DNA of 64,000 nucleotides from Alphaproteobacteria bacterium (GCA_017533325.1 JAFXIF010000061.1:28-64027), one strand, 5' to 3'. Counted from the first letter of the stretch, positions 37,801 to 48,028 are shown. Notes: generated by a model from the sequence alone, not told the origin. Program-made: numbers and translations.

Positions 37801-38928
37801 TTATTCCAACCCACGAGAAAGTGTATGACATCTTGTTAAACCCAAAATAATGCCAAACGCAAACCCAATCGACACCAACGAAGAGCCTCCATAAGAAATA
37901 AACGGAAGAGTCATCCCTTTTGTCGGCAACAAATTTAACGTTGATCCCATATTAACAATAGCCTGAATTGCAATTTGTGTCAACAGACCCGCAACTGCAA
38001 TTTGACAAAAATGATTATTTGACTGTCTTAAAAGACGAAAACCTTTTAAAACAATAAAAGCAAAAACAAAAATTAATAATGTTGTTAAAATAAATCCGAA
38101 TTCTTCGGCAGAAACTGCTAAAATAAAATCCGTATGCGCATCAGGCAATTCATATTTCACAATTCCTTCACCGGGACCTTTCCCGAACCAACCGGCATTT
38201 TTAAGTGTTTCCATTGATTTTTCTACCTGATAAGCTTCCTGACCTTCTGTCGGGTTTAAAAATCTGTTTACTCTGGTATGCACGTGATCAAACATAAAAT
38301 ATGCAAAAACACCTAAACTGACAGCTGAGGCGCATAAAAACGAAACAACTAACATGGGAATACCGGATAAGAAAAGTTGAACGCCAAACATAGCTGTCAC
38401 CGTTACAAGCATACCGATATCCGGTTGTCCCATTAATAAAAGGGCAATCACCCCATAAAGCGCAAAAGCAAGCCAATACCCAGGGAACTGCTTAATCAAT
38501 CGACCGGAAGCTAATAACCAAGCGCAGACAACCGCAAAAGCCGGCTTCATAAATTCAGAGGGTTGCAACCCGATTCCAAGAAAATAAAGCCAGCGTTTTG
38601 CCCCTTGAATTTGAGTTCCGAATAACACAACATAAACCATGCAAACAAGCGAAGCAACCAATACCAATCCGGATAATCGTCTGATATGCTTAAACGATAA
38701 AAATGCCGTTCCGAATAACACCAAAACTGTCGGAAACAAAAAGATAAGTTGCCTGTTGATAAAATAAAATGTTTCACGATTTGTTCGGTAAGCGACTCCC
38801 GGACTTGCTGCAAAAATCAAAAAAATACCATATAAAATCAACACAATTGCGGCATAAAGCAACTGACGATTTATATCCCTAAAGCGTTCGGAAAAAAAGA
38901 GGCGGACTTTTTCAAAAAAACCTGTCAT
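37801..38928 (-). CDS. ftsW: Peptidoglycan glycosyltransferase / lipid II flippase FtsW (SEDS family)
   Basis: 375 aa with 10 TM segments and SEDS motifs (QPSEFMKP, TDFILAVSAEEFGF, LPFISYGGSS). It lies directly after mraY. Confidence 0.9.
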   Translation of the reverse strand: MTGFFEKVRLFFSERFRDINRQLLYAAIVLILYGIFLIFAASPGVAYRTNRETFYFINRQLIFLFPTVLVLFGTAFLSFKHIRRLSGLVLVASLVCMVYVVLFGTQIQGAKRWLYFLGIGLQPSEFMKPAFAVVCAWLLASGRLIKQFPGYWLAFALYGVIALLLMGQPDIGMLVTVTAMFGVQLFLSGIPMLVVSFLCASAVSLGVFAYFMFDHVHTRVNRFLNPTEGQEAYQVEKSMETLKNAGWFGKGPGEGIVKYELPDAHTDFILAVSAEEFGFILTTLLIFVFAFIVLKGFRLLRQSNNHFCQIAVAGLLTQIAIQAIVNMGSTLNLLPTKGMTLPFISYGGSSLVSIGFAFGIILGLTRCHTLSRGLE

Positions 38929-38937
38929 TTCATTCTC

Positions 38938-40020
38938 CTATCGAATTTTAAGAGTTGATAATGCAATGATAGCCAATAAAACAGAAATAATCCAAAATCT
39001 AACAACAACCGTTGTTTCCGACCAGCCTTTTTTTTCAAAATGGTGGTGCAATGGGGCCATTAAAAAGACGCGTTTTTTTCTTAATTTATATGAGCCGACT
39101 TGAATAATATCAGACAAGGCTTCCGCAACAAAAATTCCACCGGCAACAGCCAACAATAATTCTTGTTTTGTGGCAACGCTTAAAGCCCCTAAAACACCAC
39201 CTAAAGCCAAAGACCCCGTATCACCCATAAAAACTTGCGCCGGATGAGCATTAAACCATAAAAACCCAAGAGTTGCCCCAATAACCGCCCCGCAAAATAC
39301 AGCCATCTCACCGGCTCCGGCTACATAATGGATATGCAAATAAGCACTGTAATCTACTCGTCCGACCAAATAGGAAATAACCATAAAAACAAAACAACAC
39401 ATAATTACCGGCAACGAAACAAGCCCATCTAATCCATCCGTTAAATTAACAGCATTGGAACTTCCAACCATAACAATTAAAACAAATGGAATATAAAAAT
39501 ACATTAAATCAATAGATAAGTCTTTAAAAAATGGGATGGTCAATGTTGTTCCCATTGGACCTGTTTCCAAACAAATCATCCAAAGGCAAGCAACAAAACT
39601 GATTAAAAATTGCAAAGATAATTTTTGTTTGGCAGATATCCCATTTGAAGAGTTCTTCGTTAATTTTTTATAATCATCAAAAAAACCGGCCAAACCAAAC
39701 CCGGACAAAACAAACGCCATAACCCAAATATATGAATTTGTTAATTGAGCCCAAAGAAAAGTTGAAATCAAAATTGAAACAATAATTAAAAGCCCACCCA
39801 TACAAGGGGTTCCACGTTTTAAAAAATGAGTTTCCGGGCCATCTTGCCTAATCGGCTGTCCCTCTCCTTGCTTGCTTTTAAGCCAAGAAATAAATTTCGG
39901 ACCGCAAATCAACATAATCAAAAAAGCCGTTGCAAGAGCGCCACCTGCTCTGAATGTAATATACTTAAAAATATTTAAAAAACTAAAATCTGATGACAAC
40001 AACGATAGCAAATATAACAT
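38938..40020 (-). CDS. mraY: Phospho-N-acetylmuramoyl-pentapeptide transferase
   Basis: 360 aa. Motifs: GTPCMGG, NAVNLTDGLDGL, MGDTGSLALGG, APLHHHFE. Confidence 0.95.
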   Translation of the reverse strand: MLYLLSLLSSDFSFLNIFKYITFRAGGALATAFLIMLICGPKFISWLKSKQGEGQPIRQDGPETHFLKRGTPCMGGLLIIVSILISTFLWAQLTNSYIWVMAFVLSGFGLAGFFDDYKKLTKNSSNGISAKQKLSLQFLISFVACLWMICLETGPMGTTLTIPFFKDLSIDLMYFYIPFVLIVMVGSSNAVNLTDGLDGLVSLPVIMCCFVFMVISYLVGRVDYSAYLHIHYVAGAGEMAVFCGAVIGATLGFLWFNAHPAQVFMGDTGSLALGGVLGALSVATKQELLLAVAGGIFVAEALSDIIQVGSYKLRKKRVFLMAPLHHHFEKKGWSETTVVVRFWIISVLLAIIALSTLKIR

Positions 40021-40029
40021 TTTTTCTCC

Positions 40030-42840
40030 CTAATTCATCTCTTGCAACATTTTAACCAATCTGTTTAAGCCGACACTGTTTGATCCTTTTACCAAAACAA
40101 TATCATTTTCATTTATCTCAGAATAAATCCCCCTCATTAACTCTTCAACGGTTTCAAAATAACCGCCTTGAATATGACTAGGCAATAATTCATGTAAATG
40201 TTTCATAAGTGTTCCTATGGTATATACCCGATCAATTTGATTTTCAAGAATATTTTTTAATAAATCTTTATGTAATTGAACGCCATTTTCTCCCAACTCC
40301 AGCATTTGCCCTAAAATCGCTACTTTTCTTCCCCCTGTTTGCTTTGATAAAACAGATAAAGACGCTTTCATTGAAGAAGGATTGGCATTATAACAATCAT
40401 CTATTAATGTTATTTTTTTATTTCCTTTTAATACAAGCTGTTTCATCAACCCTCGGCCTTGAATGGGTTTTGTTGTTTGAATAACATCTAAAACATTTTC
40501 AAAATCAAGACCTAAAGCTTCAATTCCGGCTAAAACAGCCAATGAATTCATGGCAAAATGCTGTCCCAAAAAATTAATTTGATAAGCATATTCTTGGTCT
40601 TTTCTTTTAAATTTAATAAAACACTTATCCGAGATATCACATGAAATTAACTGAAAAGAAGCCTCTTGATTTTGCCCGAAAGAAACTATTTTTAATCCGT
40701 TTTCAAGCGCTTTTTTTTGCATAACAGGGAAAAATGAAGAGTCATGATTTAAAATTGCAACACTTGATTTTTTTTGTCCCAGAAAAATTTCGGATTTTGC
40801 CAAGGCAATCTCTTCTTCAGAGTTAAAAAATTCCCTGTGAGCCGATCCGATCATGGTAATAATACTGACATCCGGTTGCACAAGTTTCGTTAATTTTGAA
40901 ATTTCGCCTTTATGGTTCATCCCTAATTCAATCACCGCATATTTTGTTTCCGGATGCATAGAAGCTAACGTAAGAGGAACCCCGATTTCGTTATTAAAAT
41001 TTCCCTTCGTTGCATGTGTTTTTCCATAAACTTCTAAACAAGTTTTTAACATTTCTTTTGTTGTTGTTTTTCCGGAACTTCCCGTCACACCAATAAAAAG
41101 TGCCGAACTCTTCTTTCTTCGATATAGCGCTAATTTTTCAAGAGCTTCCATCACGTTTGGAACAATAATTTGACGGTTCTTTTGAACCCCTTGAACTTCT
41201 TTTTCAACCAAACAAGCACCGGCGCCTTTTTCAACAGCTGTTTTAACAAATTTATGTCCATCAACCTTTTCCCCTTTAAGGGCAAAAAATAAGTCACCGG
41301 GTTCAAGTGTTCTTGTATCGATTGAAACGCCTGAAACACGAATACTTTCATCCACAAAAACACCTAATGCTTCTTCTAAAGACTGCTTATCCCAAATCAA
41401 ATGATTGAGTGTGTTTATTGCCGCCAACGCTTCTTTTTTATCAGAGAACGGATAACAAATTCCATTCACGAGCTGCCCTGTTTCATGTCCTTTTCCGCAT
41501 AACACCAATATATCATTTTCTTTTAAAGAGCCAATAGATTGATAAATAGCTTCTTTTCTGTTAGCGATGACTTTTGCTTTAGGACAAGCTTTAAAAATCA
41601 TCTCTCGAATTAAAGAAGGCTCTTCAAACCTTGGATTATCATCTGTGATAAAAACTTTATCTGCTTCTTTTTGAGCAATTTCACCCATTAAAGCTCTTTT
41701 TCCTGTATCCCTGTTTCCGCCACAACCGATTAAAGCCACTAATGATCCTTTTGTATGCGGTCTTAAAGATGCAAGAACATTATGAAGCGCATCCGGCGTA
41801 TGCGCATAATCAACAAAGATATGAGCGCCGTTTTGACTTGCAACGCATTCCAATCTGCCCTCCGGCGCTTTTAAGTTTGGCAAATAATCAATCAAATCAT
41901 TCATTGGAATACCCAATTTTGAAACCAATCCCATAGCGCAAAGAATATTATGAACTTGAAATGAGCCAAAAATATTTAAATGAATCTCTTTTGTTATTCC
42001 TTGATAAGTTAAAGATAAAAGTTGCCCGTTCGGTAAAGGAGATAATTTATTAATTTTCAAATCATGACCTTTAACCCCATATGAAAAAATCGGAATATTT
42101 CTTTCTTTTAAAATTAAGCTCAATTCATTAAAACTCTCATCATCTGTGTTTAAAACTCCAACACCCTCTTGTTTTAAAAGCTTTTGAAACAAGATTTTTT
42201 TAGCGTCAAAATAAGCTTGCATAGATCCATGATAATCCAAGTGATCACGTGTTAAATTTGTGAACCCCGCTGATTCAAATTCAAAAGAAAAAAGTCTGTT
42301 TTGAACAAGCCCATGACTGGAAGCTTCCAAAACAACATATTCAACGTCTTTTTGTTCCAGTTCATATAATGTTTTTGCAAGAGATATGCTGTCCGGCGTT
42401 GTCATTTTCCCTGTTGTTAAAACATCATCAACATAGACACCCAATGTGCCAATCGAAGCTGTTTTATGGTGAAAAGCATTTAACAGTTGATAGACATAAT
42501 AAGCCGTTGATGTTTTTCCGTTTGTGCCGGTCACGGCAATTGTTTTTATTTTGGAACAAGGATACAAAACTGATGCAATTTTAGCTATATCCTCGCTTAA
42601 ATTTTTGCTTTTAATAACAGGTAAATGTGTTTTAATTTCTCTATCAGTCAAAACAATAGCAGCCCCGTTTTCAATTGCTTCACTTAAAAAATCAAGTCCG
42701 TCTGCCTTTTCACCTTTAACCGGAACAAAAATGTCCCCCTTATTTATTTCTTTAGAAGAAACACTTATTCCCTCTACTTGAATATCAGTGCAATCATTAC
42801 ATTCGAGATTAACCTTTTTTAATAACTCAACTAATAACAT
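40030..42840 (-). CDS. murE/murF: Fused MurE-MurF (UDP-MurNAc-tripeptide synthetase + UDP-MurNAc-pentapeptide synthetase) in one ORF
   Basis: A single 936-aa ORF. The N-terminal half has MurE motifs (AVTGTNGKTSTAYY, DYAHTPDAL, TDDNPRFEEP). The C-terminal half has MurF motifs (SIDTRTLEPGDLFFALKGEKVDGHKF, GVTGSSGKTTTKEML, DDCYNANP). There is no stop, and no ATG or SD, at the junction near aa 480. Confidence 0.9.
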   Translation of the reverse strand: MLLVELLKKVNLECNDCTDIQVEGISVSSKEINKGDIFVPVKGEKADGLDFLSEAIENGAAIVLTDREIKTHLPVIKSKNLSEDIAKIASVLYPCSKIKTIAVTGTNGKTSTAYYVYQLLNAFHHKTASIGTLGVYVDDVLTTGKMTTPDSISLAKTLYELEQKDVEYVVLEASSHGLVQNRLFSFEFESAGFTNLTRDHLDYHGSMQAYFDAKKILFQKLLKQEGVGVLNTDDESFNELSLILKERNIPIFSYGVKGHDLKINKLSPLPNGQLLSLTYQGITKEIHLNIFGSFQVHNILCAMGLVSKLGIPMNDLIDYLPNLKAPEGRLECVASQNGAHIFVDYAHTPDALHNVLASLRPHTKGSLVALIGCGGNRDTGKRALMGEIAQKEADKVFITDDNPRFEEPSLIREMIFKACPKAKVIANRKEAIYQSIGSLKENDILVLCGKGHETGQLVNGICYPFSDKKEALAAINTLNHLIWDKQSLEEALGVFVDESIRVSGVSIDTRTLEPGDLFFALKGEKVDGHKFVKTAVEKGAGACLVEKEVQGVQKNRQIIVPNVMEALEKLALYRRKKSSALFIGVTGSSGKTTTKEMLKTCLEVYGKTHATKGNFNNEIGVPLTLASMHPETKYAVIELGMNHKGEISKLTKLVQPDVSIITMIGSAHREFFNSEEEIALAKSEIFLGQKKSSVAILNHDSSFFPVMQKKALENGLKIVSFGQNQEASFQLISCDISDKCFIKFKRKDQEYAYQINFLGQHFAMNSLAVLAGIEALGLDFENVLDVIQTTKPIQGRGLMKQLVLKGNKKITLIDDCYNANPSSMKASLSVLSKQTGGRKVAILGQMLELGENGVQLHKDLLKNILENQIDRVYTIGTLMKHLHELLPSHIQGGYFETVEELMRGIYSEINENDIVLVKGSNSVGLNRLVKMLQEMN

Positions 42841-42843
42841 TTT

Positions 42844-44586
42844 TTACCTTCTTTTTCTGGCTTCAAGCGATAATTCAACAGATTTTTTCATATATGATGG
42901 TTGCGCCCATTCAGGTTGAGCCGAAACGCCTAAATAAGAGGCAATTTCAAGGACAATTTGCAATCCTGTCGGTTTAGCATTCCATCCGGCCGTGCTGGCA
43001 TATTGTCCTTCTAATCGTTTCGGATTTTCAAGAACAACCAAAACGGCATATTTGGGAGCATTCATCGGGAAAGCACACACAAACGTTGTTCTTAAAGTTC
43101 CTTCCGTATAACCACCATTTACTAACATTTCAGCAGAACCGGTTTTTCCACCGACATGATATTTTTTAATCGGGTCAGAGTCTTTTAAATTCCAATTAAT
43201 AACCCCCCACATCATGTGTCTGATTTGCTCTGAAACTCTTTGAGAAATAACCTGATATTCGGCCTTTCCTTTATTTCCGTCTTTGATAAAAGTCGGCACA
43301 CGGTAATATCCGCCGTTAACAAGAGCACTGACAGCCGAAATCAAATGAAGCGGGGAAACGGCAATTCCATAACCATACGAAACAGTGGCACTGGTCATAT
43401 CCGCCCATTTAGCTTCCATAGGATATTGCGGTTTTGTTTTTTCCGGCAGTTGAATGGGTAATGGTTGAAAAAAACCGAAACGAGACAAAAAATCTTTTTG
43501 CATTTGATAGCCGGCTTTCAATGCTATTTTTACCGAGCCGATATTGGAAGAATGAATTAAAATTTCCGGCACCATCAATGGTCTTTTTTGTCCGCGATAA
43601 TCATCAATTGTTTTTCTTCCTATTTTAAATGAATTGGTTGTATCAAAAACATCATGCGGACGAATCACTTTATTTTCAAGCGCCATTGCCGTATTAAATA
43701 ATTTAAAAACAGATCCAAATTCATAAGCCCCCAACGTTGCTTTATTAAATCTGGCCGAACTATCGGAATCTTGCGCAATATTCGGATTATAATCGGGCAA
43801 AGAAACACTGGCCAACACTTCCCCTGTATGAACATCCATCACGATACTTGCGCCGCCTAATGCTTGATATTTTTGAATATTTTCAAAAAGAACTCTCGCA
43901 ACTGTTTCTTGAACAGACATATCTAATGATAAAGTCACATTATTTTCTTGCAACTCCTTTTCATAAGATTTTTCAAGCCCTGCCGTTCCTTTGTTATCGA
44001 TATCCACACTTCCTAAAAGATGCGCAAATAAGGACCCTTGCGGATACACACGTTTTTCCCCATCTGTTTCTTGCAAAAAATAATAGCCTAACCAATTAAC
44101 ATCTTTTTGTTCCACCGGTGTAATATTGCGTTTAATATAACGAAAAGATCCGCCTTGATTTATTTTTTTCAATACGTCTTCTTTTGTCACCCCTGGTAAA
44201 ACTTTCGCCAAATTTTCAGCAACAGAGACCCTATCTTTTGCTTTAACCTCTTTCGGATTAATCGATAAATCTTTTGTCGGCACACTGGTTGCTAAAATCA
44301 TGCCGTTTCTATCCAAAATGTTGTGTCTGTTAATATTTAAATCCGTTTTTAACACAGAAGGCTTATAACTTCTTGATTGATAAGATAAAACTGTTAAATA
44401 AAATAATTTTCCGATAATAATTAAGAAACAAAGCGAAAAAACAACCATAATAAAAGCTATTCGCCCGCTTGCCTTTTGTAACACGCCTTTTGTCGCATCA
44501 TCCAAACACTTGTATCGATCCATTGATGTTAAAGGAGGAACCTCATGCCCTGCATAATAAAACGTTTCTTTTTTCCGCTTAAACAT
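42844..44586 (-). CDS. ftsI: Peptidoglycan D,D-transpeptidase FtsI (PBP3)
   Basis: 580 aa with an N-terminal TM segment, a dimerisation domain, and a transpeptidase domain carrying SVFK (SxxK), SSN and KTG motifs. Confidence 0.9.
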   Translation of the reverse strand: MFKRKKETFYYAGHEVPPLTSMDRYKCLDDATKGVLQKASGRIAFIMVVFSLCFLIIIGKLFYLTVLSYQSRSYKPSVLKTDLNINRHNILDRNGMILATSVPTKDLSINPKEVKAKDRVSVAENLAKVLPGVTKEDVLKKINQGGSFRYIKRNITPVEQKDVNWLGYYFLQETDGEKRVYPQGSLFAHLLGSVDIDNKGTAGLEKSYEKELQENNVTLSLDMSVQETVARVLFENIQKYQALGGASIVMDVHTGEVLASVSLPDYNPNIAQDSDSSARFNKATLGAYEFGSVFKLFNTAMALENKVIRPHDVFDTTNSFKIGRKTIDDYRGQKRPLMVPEILIHSSNIGSVKIALKAGYQMQKDFLSRFGFFQPLPIQLPEKTKPQYPMEAKWADMTSATVSYGYGIAVSPLHLISAVSALVNGGYYRVPTFIKDGNKGKAEYQVISQRVSEQIRHMMWGVINWNLKDSDPIKKYHVGGKTGSAEMLVNGGYTEGTLRTTFVCAFPMNAPKYAVLVVLENPKRLEGQYASTAGWNAKPTGLQIVLEIASYLGVSAQPEWAQPSYMKKSVELSLEARKRR

Positions 44587-44910
44587 TTATTTATCCTCCC
44601 CTTCTGACTCGCTTTTTGTTTCCGCTTCTTCCAATTTAATGGGCAAATCATCCACCTTTACCAACTGTTCGGATTTAATTACTTTCCAATCCGTTTGATT
44701 TGTCACAATGGCTTTTAACCGCTTAGGATCATTTAAATGAGCCCATTCGGCCTCTAACATGTGTAAATCCCGTTTTGTTTTCAAAATATTAACATGAATT
44801 CTTTTTAATTCCGTTTCTTTTTCTTTCACTTGATATTTAAGCGAAAACAAAGCCACTCCTGAAAAAACGGCCATCAATAAAAACATCACATTAATTAAAA
44901 ACTTTTTCAT
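44587..44910 (-). CDS. ftsL: Cell division protein FtsL (alphaproteobacterial type)
   Basis: 107 aa with a single TM segment followed by a coiled segment (LEAEWAHLNDPKRLKAI), in the canonical position between rsmH and ftsI. Confidence 0.65.
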   Translation of the reverse strand: MKKFLINVMFLLMAVFSGVALFSLKYQVKEKETELKRIHVNILKTKRDLHMLEAEWAHLNDPKRLKAIVTNQTDWKVIKSEQLVKVDDLPIKLEEAETKSESEGEDK

Positions 44911-44919
44911 CCATCCCCC

Positions 44920-45846
44920 TTACCGTTCCAACAAAAAAGCCGCCCGCAACTTTGCCGAATGCGATCTTGAATTTATCTCAAGTTCTTCTTTACTCGGTAA
45001 TATAGCCTTTTTTGTTAATACCTTAAAAATCGGTTTTGTCTCATTCATAAAACTCATCACATCATGCCTATTTTGATTCGGTTTTAAATCAGAATTTTGA
45101 ATCATAAAGTTTTTCACAATTCTATCTTCCAAAGAGTGAAAAGTCACAACAACCAAGCGCCCGTTTGGCTTTAAAACTCGTTGGGCTGAGTCTAAAACCC
45201 GTTCCAATTCCCCTAATTCGTCATTCACAAAAATCCTGAGCGCCTGAAACGAACGCATGGCGCTATCCGATCCGTCCTTTGGTTTTGGCATAACCTGATG
45301 AATGATTTCTGCCAACTCCCCCGTTGTTTCAATTTCTTTTTGAGAACGCGCTTTTATAATATTTTTTGCAATTCTGCGAGACGCTTTTTCTTCTCCATAT
45401 TTAAACAAAATATCGGCAATTTCCGATTCTTTAAAAGTATTCACAACGTCTTTAGCCGATAATCCGTCCCCACTCATGCGCATATCTAAGGGACCGGAGA
45501 AACGAAAAGAAAATCCCCTTTCCCTTTCATCAATTTGCATAGAGGAAACGCCCAAATCTAAAACCAACCCATCTAACGGCTCTGTCAAATATTTTTCAAG
45601 ATTTGAAAAACAATCATTGATAAAAGTAAAACGATTTTGATATTCATTTTGAAGCTTAGTTACCGTTTTTTGAACACTCGGATCCCTATCAAAAGAAATA
45701 ACTCGATTTAAAGGATTGGCATTTAAAATTGCTTGAGTATATCCGCCGGCACCAAACGTTCCATCCATATAAAGACCACCCTTTTGGCAGTCCAAATAGG
45801 TTAAAACTTCATTAAGCAAAACCGGAAAATGCAATTCAAATGCCAT
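44920..45846 (-). CDS. rsmH: 16S rRNA (cytosine1402-N4)-methyltransferase
   Basis: 308 aa. Motifs: HFPVLLNEV, DGTFGAGGY, DLGVSSMQID, FHSLEDRIVK. Confidence 0.95.
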   Translation of the reverse strand: MAFELHFPVLLNEVLTYLDCQKGGLYMDGTFGAGGYTQAILNANPLNRVISFDRDPSVQKTVTKLQNEYQNRFTFINDCFSNLEKYLTEPLDGLVLDLGVSSMQIDERERGFSFRFSGPLDMRMSGDGLSAKDVVNTFKESEIADILFKYGEEKASRRIAKNIIKARSQKEIETTGELAEIIHQVMPKPKDGSDSAMRSFQALRIFVNDELGELERVLDSAQRVLKPNGRLVVVTFHSLEDRIVKNFMIQNSDLKPNQNRHDVMSFMNETKPIFKVLTKKAILPSKEELEINSRSHSAKLRAAFLLER

Positions 45847-45863
45847 TTTTATCCCCTTTTTTA

Positions 45864-45901
45864 TTAAAAAAGCCGAGTAATAGCTTTCGCTTCACCCAGC
45901 T
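45864..45901 (-). terminator. Rho-independent terminator after ndk
   Basis: On the minus-strand RNA, AGCUGGGUGAAGC-GAAA-GCUAUUACUCGGCU forms a ~13-bp stem (with G-U pairs and one bulge) and a GAAA tetraloop, followed by UUUUUU. Confidence 0.55.
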
Positions 45902-45924
45902 TTTCTTTATCTGTCATACAAGGC

Positions 45925-46347
45925 TTAACCGACAATTTCGTTTAAGCTAAACCATTGAGCAATTTCTCTTTGAGCGGAAGCCGGTGAATCAGAACCATGA
46001 ACAGAGTTGCGACCTTTACTTTCGGCAAATTCAGCACGAATTGTGCCTTTATCAGCTTCTGCCGGATCTGTTTTACCCATCACCGTGCGATATTTCACAA
46101 TAGCATCTTCACCTTCCAAAACCTGAACAACAATAGGCGCAGAACTCATAAATTCGACAAGTTCTTCAAAAAACGGGCGGCCATTATGTTCTGCATAAAA
46201 AGTTTCGGCTTGTTTTCTTGTCATCCAAACACGTTTTTGAGCAACAATACGAAGACCCGCTTCTTCAATCTTTGCATTAATTGCACCTGTTAAATTTCTT
46301 GCCGTTGCATCCGGCTTGATCATTGAAAATGTTCTTTCAATAGCCAT
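45925..46347 (-). CDS. ndk: Nucleoside diphosphate kinase
   Basis: [14 protein letters not shown]...NSVHGSDS. The start is set at the internal ATG 46347, which has an AGGAG RBS. The 27-aa extension in the ORF track is not NDK-like. Confidence 0.95.
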   Translation of the reverse strand: MAIERTFSMIKPDATARNLTGAINAKIEEAGLRIVAQKRVWMTRKQAETFYAEHNGRPFFEELVEFMSSAPIVVQVLEGEDAIVKYRTVMGKTDPAEADKGTIRAEFAESKGRNSVHGSDSPASAQREIAQWFSLNEIVG

Positions 46348-46455
46348 AAAAAACTCCTTTTCATTTCTTGCTTTTTTAAAATTAACTTTATTCAAGATAA
46401 CCCTATCATATTTGGAAAATATCGTCAAGTCATCTTTAATAAATTTTTAACTTTT

Positions 46456-47136
46456 TTAAACAATCGTATTTCTTAATACCGGCAACTGTTTCAAACCGGC
46501 ATAGTGAAGTAAAAAATAACCCGTTGTATTCAATCCGGCAATCAATGCGTCTTTATCAGCCACAAACACTTCTTGATACATAAACTTCGGCAAAGGCAAG
46601 AGCTTGTCTTTATAAGGTTCGCCCATTTTTTTTGAAACCGCCCTCCCGCTTTTAGGAGAAACATACGCCAAATCATTTGCATCTCCTCCACCGGCGCATT
46701 TTGAAAAATCAAGTGCAAATCCCAATGCCTCAAGCAATTTTATTTCCCATAAAACATAATGCATTTGAAAATCATCTTTTTCAAGATTGGCAATCAAATT
46801 GATTGTCTCTTGATAGAAATAATCATAATCAACACGTTCTGCAAACAAAGTATCCAATAAAAAACAAACCGAACTGATAACGCTTAATCTTTTTGAATCT
46901 TCCAGAAAAGGAAGATGGGAAGACACCTCTTCCTCAATAAAATAAGAACCCATCTGCTCTAAAAGTCTTGCTTGCCAGCGCCCCGATAGTAAAGAAGCTG
47001 TCATCGGCGGCGTTTTTTTCTTCACAACCCCTAAATGCCTGCCTTTTTCCTTTGTAAATAAACTAACAATATATTTAGCGTCTCCCAAAGGTTTTGCCCC
47101 CAACACCAAGGCTTTTGAAAAAGAAAACTCAGGCAT
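46456..47136 (-). CDS. recO: DNA repair protein RecO
   Basis: 226 aa with an OB-fold-like N-terminus (ALVLGAKPLGDAKYIVSLFTKEKGRHLGVVK), in the canonical position downstream of era and overlapping it by 8 nt. Confidence 0.6.
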   Translation of the reverse strand: MPEFSFSKALVLGAKPLGDAKYIVSLFTKEKGRHLGVVKKKTPPMTASLLSGRWQARLLEQMGSYFIEEEVSSHLPFLEDSKRLSVISSVCFLLDTLFAERVDYDYFYQETINLIANLEKDDFQMHYVLWEIKLLEALGFALDFSKCAGGGDANDLAYVSPKSGRAVSKKMGEPYKDKLLPLPKFMYQEVFVADKDALIAGLNTTGYFLLHYAGLKQLPVLRNTIV

Positions 47137-48028
47137 TAAAATCCAATCCCCAATCTTTATATTGCGAAGGATCTTGTCTCCAATTTTCCTTAACTTTTAC
47201 AAACAAAAAGAGATGAACTTTTGTCTCAAAAAGTTTTTCCAATTCTCTTCTGGAAGATTCTCCGATTTTTTTAATCATTTGCCCGTTTTTACCCAGCACA
47301 ATCGGTTTCAATCCTTCTCGTTCCACATAAATTGTTTGCTCAATACGAACACCTTTTTCTGTTTCTTTATAAGATGTTGTTTCAACAGATAAAGTATACG
47401 GCAATTCTTTTTGCAACATTAAAAAAAGCTTTTCTCTTGTAACTTCCGCAGCAAATAAACGATTTGGCAAATCGGTTAATTGATCGGCCGGAAACATCCA
47501 AACACCAACAGGCGCTTTTTGAATTAAAAAGTTTTTAAGTTCTTCAATTTGCTCTCCTGTTTTGGCTGAAATCATAAAAGTATCCGTGAAAATTTTAAAT
47601 TTATTCAACTCTTCGATAAGAGGCAATAACTGAGCTTTTTCAACCATGTCAATTTTATTTAAAACCAAGATGGCTTTTTTCTTTTCTTGTTGCAACCTGG
47701 CAATAATTTTTTGCGTATTTTTATCTAATCCTTTTTGCGCATCTATCAGCAAAAGACGTTGATCTGCATCATCAGATTCAGTCCAAGCAGATGCAACCAT
47801 CGCTCTTTCAAATTTAGCTGAAGCTGAAAAAATCCCCGGCGTATCCACCAACACCAACTGTGTTTCCCCTTCAACGAAAATCCCTCTAATCCTTGACCTT
47901 GTTGTTTGAACTTTCAGAGAAACAATGCTGACTTTTGATCCGATTAAAGTGTTAACCAAAGTTGATTTTCCGGCATTTGGAGCCCCTAAAACGGCAACAA
48001 ATCCAAATTTCATATTTTTACCCATCAT
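47129..48028 (-). CDS. era: GTPase Era
   Basis: G1 motif GAPNAGKSTL, G3 motif DTPG, G4 motif NKID, and a C-terminal KH domain. Confidence 0.95.
   Translation of the reverse strand: MMGKNMKFGFVAVLGAPNAGKSTLVNTLIGSKVSIVSLKVQTTRSRIRGIFVEGETQLVLVDTPGIFSASAKFERAMVASAWTESDDADQRLLLIDAQKGLDKNTQKIIARLQQEKKKAILVLNKIDMVEKAQLLPLIEELNKFKIFTDTFMISAKTGEQIEELKNFLIQKAPVGVWMFPADQLTDLPNRLFAAEVTREKLFLMLQKELPYTLSVETTSYKETEKGVRIEQTIYVEREGLKPIVLGKNGQMIKKIGESSRRELEKLFETKVHLFLFVKVKENWRQDPSQYKDWGLDFNA

Noticed and set aside
45925-46428. Long N-terminal extensions in the ORF track for ndk (167 aa), rnc (261 aa, 48696-48803), birA (256 aa), pepA, the RND adaptor, the GT-A-like gene and the GT80-like copy 1 (TTG at 22488).
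   Set aside because: In most of these genes the internal ATG is preceded by a good SD and/or matches the conserved family N-terminus. The extensions translate AT-rich spacer or overlap the upstream gene.
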